Of a stretch of DNA of 64,000 nt, positions 55,123-64,000 are shown in pieces. A program made the translations under genes and the position numbers. Source of the stretch: Octopus vulgaris (Eukaryota). Numbering within the stretch: the stretch's first letter is position 1; every line of letters starts with the position of its first letter. The stretch covers positions 15,686,001-15,750,000 of the forward strand of contig OX597828.1 in the NCBI GenBank assembly GCA_951406725.2, given 5' to 3'. Under the pieces are notes generated by a model. It ran no database searches. It was not told the DNA's origin and saw only the letters and a program-made list of their open reading frames with translations.

Positions 55123-55191
55123 TCACACATATACATATACATTAATATATACATATATATACATATATATACATATATATACATATATATA

Positions 55192-55256
<65 letters not shown>

Positions 55257-55816
55257 CTTGTTCATCTATACATTCGTGCACACATACACACACACTCATA
55301 TATATATATATATATTAAACCAGTCAACATTTTCGTGGTCATACCTAACTATTAAAAGAATGTTCAAACGCGTTCCAGCAATGACCAACTCGTCTTTTTC
55401 AGTTTTGGTGCAGACACTTCAGTCTACATTACCCAATGTGATTCAGTAGAAAAAACAAAACAAAACAACACAAATAAACAAAAAATAAAACAGTAAGATA
55501 TGATATGAGTGACTTTTTGTTACTATTCTTAGTAAGTCGAGAGATTTCGTAGAATTTCACCTCTTAGGTTAACCGAAAGTTTAGTTCTTCAATTAAGAGT
55601 TGAATCTATCTGGGTGGCTAAAGTACAGTGTACTCCATCCAAGTTCTAAGTGGATCATATTCTACCGATTGTAGATAATATACATCCTCGCATAAAGGAA
55701 TAGGAAACAGAGACATTAGGGGTCACAAACAAGTGTCAAATAATTACCTACCTACCTACCTACCTACCTACCTACATACATACATACATACATACATACA
55801 TACATACACACATGAA

Positions 55817-55881
<65 letters not shown>

Positions 55882-55882
<1 letters not shown>

Positions 55883-56309
55883 GAGGCGAAATGGCCCAGT
55901 GGTTAGGGCAGTGGACTTGCGGTCGCCAGCATTGCCCACACGACCTCAACTTTAGCTTAAAAAAATCATCTAAGGCCATACGTCTCCTACCCAATTTAGG
56001 ATCACAGCACGTAAGTACACTGCAATACAATTTCTTTTCCTCAACAGATCCTGCCCTGTTTAACATCGTCCCGAAACTGATCAAAGAGGAAAAGGATCCC
56101 ATCACCTTTAAACGGAGTCTGGACAAATTTCTTCAAGGAATACCAGATAAGCCACCTATCACCTGAAAACAACTCACTCAACAAGAACTCACTACTCGAA
56201 CGGACCATGATACCACAAAACTTGACTTAAAAAGGATTTAGATCACCCTATCAGGTGGTGCTATAAAGTTAGACATGTCCTGGACCAATCTTTGGTCGAA
56301 ACATATCTA

Positions 56310-56313
<4 letters not shown>
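55882..56313 (+). mobile_element. Chimera: SINE-C 5' head fused to the 3' end of a CR1-type LINE
   Basis: 55882-55925 matches 45204-45247. Downstream encodes TLQYNFFSSTDPALFNIVPKLIKEEKDPITFKRSLDKFLQGIPDKP (CR1-type ORF2 C-terminus), then a 3' hairpin gacca-atctt-tggtc; (TA)n on both sides. Confidence 0.8.
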
Positions 56314-56355
<42 letters not shown>

Positions 56356-56467
56356 TTGGCCTGCTCGCTTAGCCAGCGGGGTGGCGTCATTCGAAGGCTA
56401 AAACAATGCGAACGCATTGTGACCAGCGATGTGTAACTACATCTGATGGACTGGTCGGTCACGTGAT

Positions 56468-56475
<8 letters not shown>
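56356..56475 (+). mobile_element. About 115-bp structured unit inserted in (TA)n, copy 2
   Basis: Starts ttggcctgctcgc and ends in a short tandem tail (cacgtgat)2. Confidence 0.8.
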
Positions 56476-56545
<70 letters not shown>

Positions 56546-56549
56546 GTAT

Positions 56550-56589
<40 letters not shown>

Positions 56590-56591
<2 letters not shown>

Positions 56592-56823
56592 TTCTTTACT
56601 GCCCACAAGGGGCTAAACATAGAGGGGACAAATAAGGACAGACAAAGGGATTAAGTCGATTATTACATCGATCCCAGTGCGAAACTGGTACTTTATTTAT
56701 CGACCCCGAAAGGATGAAAGGCAAAGTCGACCTTGGCGGAATTTGAACTCAGAACGTAAAGACAGACGAAATACCGCTAAGCATTTCGCCCGGCGCGCTA
56801 ACGTTTCTGCCAGCCCGCTGCCC
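56590..56823 (-). mobile_element. SINE-B monomer, full length
   Basis: Complete head, core and tail. Confidence 0.92.
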
Positions 56824-56834
56824 TTTTTATTAAT

Positions 56835-56926
<92 letters not shown>

Positions 56927-57418
56927 CGACAAATATATAGACATACATAAACACATACATATACACATATATATGTCTGTATATGTATATATGTATATAT
57001 GTATGTGTTTGTATATGAGAGAGAAAGAAGGGAGAGAGAGAGAGAAGTTTTTGATGGAAACGTACGCACGTCCCCCCCCCCACTTCAAAAAAAACAAAAC
57101 AATCTCAGAACGATAAGAAACAAAAAGAAAGAAACAAACATCATTCCGGATCCTATTTAAGAAAACATACAGTTTCCTTTCTTTTTTTTTTTACACGGGA
57201 AACTTTATTTCCTGAATAATGTGTTACTGGAATTGGGGTGCGTCCCACGTATCGCGTATCTTTTATGTTACGAAATACGTTATGAATATCTAGAGACACA
57301 CACACACGAAAGAGTGAAAAGATCACGTAGTATACATTGTTGAATTTATTTTTATTTCCGGGTTAACAGTTTGTGATAATGAGCTTCACACACGTAAGTG
57401 AAAAGTATGGATACATAC

Positions 57419-57475
<57 letters not shown>

Positions 57476-57512
57476 TGTGTGTGTGTGTGTACAAAACCAC
57501 GCGCGCACATTC

Positions 57513-57558
<46 letters not shown>

Positions 57559-57582
57559 TGTATATATGTATACATAAATAAA

Positions 57583-57627
<45 letters not shown>

Positions 57628-57632
<5 letters not shown>

Positions 57633-57749
57633 CGTGATCATCGTGACTGACCAGGCTATCAGATGCTGCTACACATCGCTGGTCACAATGCGCTTCGCCT
57701 TGTTTCAGCCTTCAAATGACGCCCCCTCGCTGGCTAAGCGAGCAGGCCA
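57628..57749 (-). mobile_element. About 115-bp structured unit inserted in (TA)n, copy 3
   Basis: As copies 1 and 2. Confidence 0.8.
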
Positions 57750-58158
57750 TATGTATATATATATATATAAGATACATATTGGGATTAAATTTCGACGGAA
57801 AGATTAAAACTATGAAATAATTTATCTTTTTCAAATTGTTATTCAGAAATAATTCTAAGGCGAGGAAGGAGCTGGTAGAAACTTTGACATTCCGGCCGAA
57901 ATGCTTAGCAGCATCTCTTCTGACTTTCCGTTCTGAGTTCAAATTTCGCCGAGGTCGACTTTGCCGTTCATCCTTTTGAGGTCGATGAAATAAGTATTTA
58001 TTGAACACTGTGGTGGATGTAATCAATCGACTACCCCGCACACACATCACAATTTCAAGCCTTGTGCCTAAAAACAGAAAGGACCATTTAGAAAAATGGT
58101 TGTTATCTTTCTAAAATTTATATATGTTTTCCGATAAATGAATAACAATAATAACAAC

Positions 58159-58261
<103 letters not shown>

Positions 58262-58355
58262 TCAGTTTTTCACACCTACATATATAGGTGTATAATCGAT
58301 TTAATTTGTGGTATGAACGCTAAGGCGATAGGATTTGAACTCCGGATCCGGAGTG

Positions 58356-58441
<86 letters not shown>

Positions 58442-59061
58442 CTTCTATACGTAAGCATTCGCTTTCAATATTATTTATTCTGGTGTTCCATCGATTTCGC
58501 TAATCTACTTCATATAATAGTAATGAGGATTTCTGAAAGAAGCCGATCACCTCAGATTTGGATAAGGGGTATTATCGATTCAAACATTTCAATGGTATTA
58601 CATTTTTACCGACCGCAGAAGGATAGAAAGCAAATTTGACATCTAGCTGGGTTTGAACTCAGAACGTAAAGCACTTTGTCTAACCTTCTAATGGTTCTGC
58701 CAATTCGATAAAATTATTGTATACCCTAGTAACCATACTTAGAAACAATATATAGACGCAAGCGTGGCTACGTGGTAAGATGTTTGCTTTTCAACCACAT
58801 GGTTCCGGGTTCGCTCCCATTGCATGGCACCACGAGCATATATCTTCTACTATAGTCACAAGGCAGTGTGTGTGGATTTGGTTGAGAGAAACCCGTCCAA
58901 TAAATATATATATACATACGAGAGAGGACCCAGAGGTGGTGGTGCTGATGGGAAAAGAAAAGAAAGTGCGCCCTTCAAAATAATGTCATTACGCCCTTTT
59001 TTTCTGGAATTATTCCCTTCTGACCTTGTGCCCGCTTTTCGAAAAATTCCTGGGACCGCGC

Positions 59062-59152
<91 letters not shown>

Positions 59153-59278
59153 TGTGTGTATGTGTGCATACATATATATATTTATATGTCTATATATATG
59201 TATGTGTGTATGGTAATTTATATCTATGTGTGTATATGTGTGTCTATATCCATATAATGTTCATGATATGTAACACAC

Positions 59279-59344
<66 letters not shown>

Positions 59345-59789
59345 CTCTATTATACAATAACTAAGACATTTCTGCAAATAACATTCTCTATTATATGAGC
59401 GGGCAAAATTTTAATCGTCGTATATGACTATGGAAGTTGGAAAGCCTGAGAGGTACAACTGTTAATGTCTGCGTCTAGAATACAAAGAAAGGAATCTTAG
59501 AGTCTTAGAATGAATTTAGTATAGTGCTTGATTACCACTGTATGAAGACAGCATATCATACCATTATTAATATAATATAATATAATATGATATAATATAT
59601 GATTCTTTCTACTATAGGCATAACGAGTGAAATTTTAAGGGAGGGCTAAGTCGATTACATCGACCCCAGTAATTGACTGATACTATGTTATCGACCCCGA
59701 AAGGATGAATAGCAAAGTCGACCTCGGCAAAGTTTGAACTCAGAACGTAAAGCCGGCGTGCAAAAGCGTTTACCATACACACACACACA

Positions 59790-59863
<74 letters not shown>

Positions 59864-60213
59864 GGGTAAAGCTAGGTTCTAAAGTTAGGGAAAGCGAGCA
59901 CGTGCAGATAAAGAAAAGGCGCCGTGATACATACCAAATAATACTTAACTCATGGATTATACACTTATACATTGATTAAAAGTGCTAGGTTTGGAAAATG
60001 TGCTCGGGGGTAGGGAGCACATTTCCCCAAATTGATAATAGGTACCTTCATCACCGATATGTATACATATATATATATATATATCGATATACATCCACAC
60101 ACACATATACGCAAACATATATATATATATATACATACACGCACACACATACTCATACATATGGATATATACATACATACATACACAAGTATGTATGCCA
60201 CCACACATGCATT

Positions 60214-60275
<62 letters not shown>

Positions 60276-60287
60276 CTGTCTATTCTA

Positions 60288-60728
60288 GGCGGCGAGCTGG
60301 CAGAAACGTTAGCACGCCGGGCGAAATGCTTTGCGGTATTTCGTCTGCCGCTACGTTTTGAGTTCAAATTCCGCCGAGGTCGACTTTGCCTTTCATACTT
60401 TCGGGGTCGATAAATTAAGTACCAGTTACACACTGGGGTCGATATAACCGACTTAATCCGTTTGTCTGTCCTTGTTTGTCCCCTCTATATTTAGCCTCTT
60501 GTGGGTAGTAAAGAAATAGGTATTTCGTCTGCGGCTACATTCTGAGTATAGAAATAGGTATTTGGCCTGTCTTTATGTTCTGAGTTCAAATTTCGCCGAG
60601 GTCGACTACTTTGCCGTTCATCCTCTTGGAGTTTATAAACTAACTACTAGTTACACACTGGGGTCGATGTAATCGACTTGCACCCCTCCCCCAAAGTTTA
60701 GGCCTTGTGCCTATACTAGAAAGGATTA
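60288..60728 (+). mobile_element. SINE-B multimer
   Basis: Full unit, a short partial repeat and a further body with the alternative tail; standard junction aaagaaataggtatttcg. Confidence 0.88.
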
Positions 60729-61062
60729 TGTGTCTATGCTTGTACTTATATATGTTTAAAGGCGGCGAGCTGGTAGCATCGTTAGCGCGTTGGACCAAAT
60801 TATTAGCGGCATTTCTTCCAGTTCAGATCAAATCCCGCCGATGAAATATAGCGCCAGTCAAGTACAGGGATCGAAAACATCGACTTGTCCGCTCGACTCA
60901 AAATTGCTGGCCTTGCCGTTCGTGCGAAGAAAATCGTAATTTTTATCATTAACACACCATGGAAACTGGGTAACAGATTTTACGGGTCCATGGGCTCGAA
61001 GAAAAGAAAAACAACCTCTAAAATACCTTATTATTTAGATATGTAGTACGTAAATGTATATA

Positions 61063-61311
61063 TTCTTTATTCTTTTATTTGTTTCAGTCATTTGACTGCG
61101 GCCACGCTGGAGCTCCGCCTTTAGTCGAGCAAATCGACCCCAGGACTTATTCTTTGTAAGCCTAGTCATTATTCTATCGGACCCTTTTTGCCGAACCGCT
61201 AAGTCACTGGGACGTAAGCACACCACCATCGGTTGTCAAGCGATGGTAGTGGTGGGGAGATAAACACAGACACACACATACACAAATATATATATATATA
61301 TATATATATAA

Positions 61312-61347
<36 letters not shown>

Positions 61348-61505
61348 TATACACATGACGGGCTTTTTGCAGTTTCCGTCTACCAAATCTACTCACAAGG
61401 CTTTGCTCGGCCCGAGGCTATAGTAGAAGACACTTACCCAAGGTGCCGCGCAGTGGGACTGAACCCGGAACTATGTGGCTGGTAAGCAAGCTACTTACCA
61501 CACAC
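61063..61505 (-). mobile_element. SINE-A
   Basis: Near full length. Confidence 0.88.
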
Positions 61506-62065
61506 AGACACAGACACAGACACACACACATATATTTGCACATATATATATGTATGTACGTATATACATATTTAATTATGTACATTTGGAAAAATATACA
61601 GGCATATACGTCCCTCTCTCCATATATATGTATACATACATACATACATACATACATACATACATGTATATATCTATATATATATATATATGAAAAGGCA
61701 TGACTGAGTGGTTCAGGAGTTCCGGGTTCGATCTCCCTGCTTGTCTTCATTGCACTTCAGCCATATGTATGAAATTGGGTAGTCGGAAAGTGAATAGAAG
61801 CCCGTCGATGGATTGTAATAGTTCAATAGTCCAGCTTCATTTTATTATGTCAGCTGCCTAGGGTCCTCACGGATGTAGGGCCCCATTCTGACTTTTTCTA
61901 TGTTGTGGTTTGCTGTCGGTAATTACATAACTATCATAGAGTCCTGTGTGTTTGTACTCTACTTTAAATTTACGTTACGTACTGGGTACTTTTTCCTTAC
62001 GTTTGTGTGTGTCTATGTGAGTACCTGTGTGTGTATGTTGCTGTATATGTTTGCTGTGTGCCTGT

Positions 62066-62115
<50 letters not shown>

Positions 62116-62133
62116 TCCTATCCCATATATGTA

Positions 62134-62534
62134 TACTCTCTTTTACTCTTTTACTTGTTTCAGTCATTTGACTGCAGCCATGCTTGAGCACCGCCTTTAG
62201 TCGTGCAAATCGACCCCGGGACTTATTCTTTGTAAGCCCAGTACTTATTCTATCGGTCTCTTTTGCCGAACCGCTAAGTGACGGGGACGTAAACACACCA
62301 GCATCGGTTGTCAAGCAATGCTAGGGGGACAAACACAGACACACAAACACATACATATATATACATATATACGACAGGCTTCTTTCAGATTCCATCTACC
62401 AAATCCACTCACAAGGCATTGGTCGGCCCGGGACCATAGCAGAAGACACTTGCCCAAGATGCCACGCAGTGGGACTGAACCCGGAACCATGTGGTTGGTT
62501 AGCTAGCTACTTACCACACAGCCACTCCTGCGCC
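62134..62534 (-). mobile_element. SINE-A, full length
   Basis: Complete head to tail. Confidence 0.92.
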
Positions 62535-63370
62535 TATGTGTAATTTGTATGTGTAATCATACTGATTTCAAAGTTTGGCACAACGCCAGCAATTTCGGAG
62601 GCTGAGTAAGTCGATTACATCGACCCTAGTGTTCAACTGGTACTTATTTTTTCGACCGCCCCCCTCCTCCTCCACCAAAGAAATAAAAAGTGAAGTCGAT
62701 CCCGACGGAATTTGAACTCAGAACTTGAAGAAATGCCGCTAGATGTGCTAACGGTTCTGCCAGCTCGCCGCCTTTGTATACGTTCGCATATTGGTACGTG
62801 TAAGTTTAAATGTGTATGTGTGTGCATATATGTGTATGTATGTGCATTTGCGCGCGCGGTGCGTGTGTGGCACTATGTGTTCCCACCCCGCCGAAGTCCA
62901 CTTGGCATTTCATCCTTTCGGGTTCAAGAAATGAAGTCTCAACATGCACTATTTCTGTGATTTTTACCTTCTCTATCGTAGAAATCTTTTGTGTTTAAAA
63001 CAAGACAATGGATTGCTCTACTACAACCAAAAATGGCTCTGACGAAAATAGCCTTTAATTTGAGTAAACTTATCAGTAGTGTACCTATAATGACTACTGG
63101 AAACATCTGTAAGCCAAATTTACTCCAATTAAGGAAAAATATTTAATGACCATTATTCATCCGTTGACTTAGATATCACTCTGTGTAAAAAACAGTTTGA
63201 CTGGGGCCCAATCACGGGGACCATAATCTAGGACCCTACCAGAAGAATACTCGGAGTTCTTCACTAATGAAGTATTTTGCCCGGATTGATAATCCCTCAC
63301 TATTAACTGTTTTATATATATACACATACATACATACATACATACATACATACATACATACATACATACA

Positions 63371-63401
<31 letters not shown>

Positions 63402-63575
63402 GTATGTATGTATGTATATGCGTATATGAGGTAGAGTTCTATCATAATAGTGCGGTAGCGTCAACAGCTTAATCTTTCGTAAATTGAAGTATCCATCCAA
63501 GGGGCGAACAAATTAGAGGTGTGATATAAATGTCCTTCACAAAACCACTTGGGTTGAGTATATTAAAGCTATGAG

Positions 63576-63629
<54 letters not shown>

Positions 63630-63767
63630 ACTCACACACGCATTCACACACACACACTATTTGACACATTTTTTTTTTGCTTTTTTAATCGGCCTTTAAC
63701 AAGGAATCCATCCGTGACCAATTCTATGTTTGTATTTTTTCCCTGTAAAATGTTCTGCCGACTACAA

Positions 63768-63824
<57 letters not shown>

Positions 63825-64000
63825 GCTCACACATATATATATATGCATATCTGCATAAATACGCGCGCGCGCCATATTTAAGTGGCAGACAAAATAACTT
63901 GTGGTATTTAGTCAGGGTCCTGGTTGTGATTTGAAATCCCGTCGAGGGCAACTTTGCCTTCCATTTCTCAGGGGCGGACGGACTCGATAAAACAAAAAAG

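Noticed and set aside
56356-56410. HDV-like ribozyme at the 5' end of the 115-bp unit
   Set aside because: P1- and P2-like pairings exist, but there is no P3/L3, and the candidate catalytic C is T in two of three copies.
58918-59064. Possible small MITE ending cctgggaccgcgcctg, with similar single ends near 15414, 59861 and 63290
   Set aside because: Only one convincing terminus each and no TSD, so not called as features.

Overview
AT-rich animal genomic DNA made almost entirely of microsatellites and interspersed repeats. The SINE families and microsatellite density match what I recall of octopod cephalopods (Octopus); this is an inference from memory, not a database result. There is no intact protein-coding gene, rRNA, true tRNA or CRISPR array, and nearly all six-frame ORFs are microsatellite or SINE artefacts. 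Recognisable content: (i) two very abundant tRNA-headed SINE families, here called SINE-A (with an internal TA/TG microsatellite) and SINE-B (often in dimers or trimers), plus rarer SINE-C and SINE-D and an old dispersed repeat E; (ii) DNA-transposon relics: an internally deleted mariner, a mariner MITE, a Merlin-like MITE, a Helentron-type element and a pogo HTH relic; (iii) LINE relics: an RLE endonuclease and a CR1-type 3' end fused to a SINE head; (iv) dispersed minimal hammerhead-ribozyme-like motifs and long palindromes typical of Penelope-like element (PLE) pseudo-LTRs, several sitting inside SINE-A microsatellite spacers, including a foldback with about 34 copies of a 54-bp unit in one arm; (v) a CCAAT/CRE/GC-box promoter-like island at about 3.5-3.9 kb with a candidate first exon, which suggests much of the window may be intronic.
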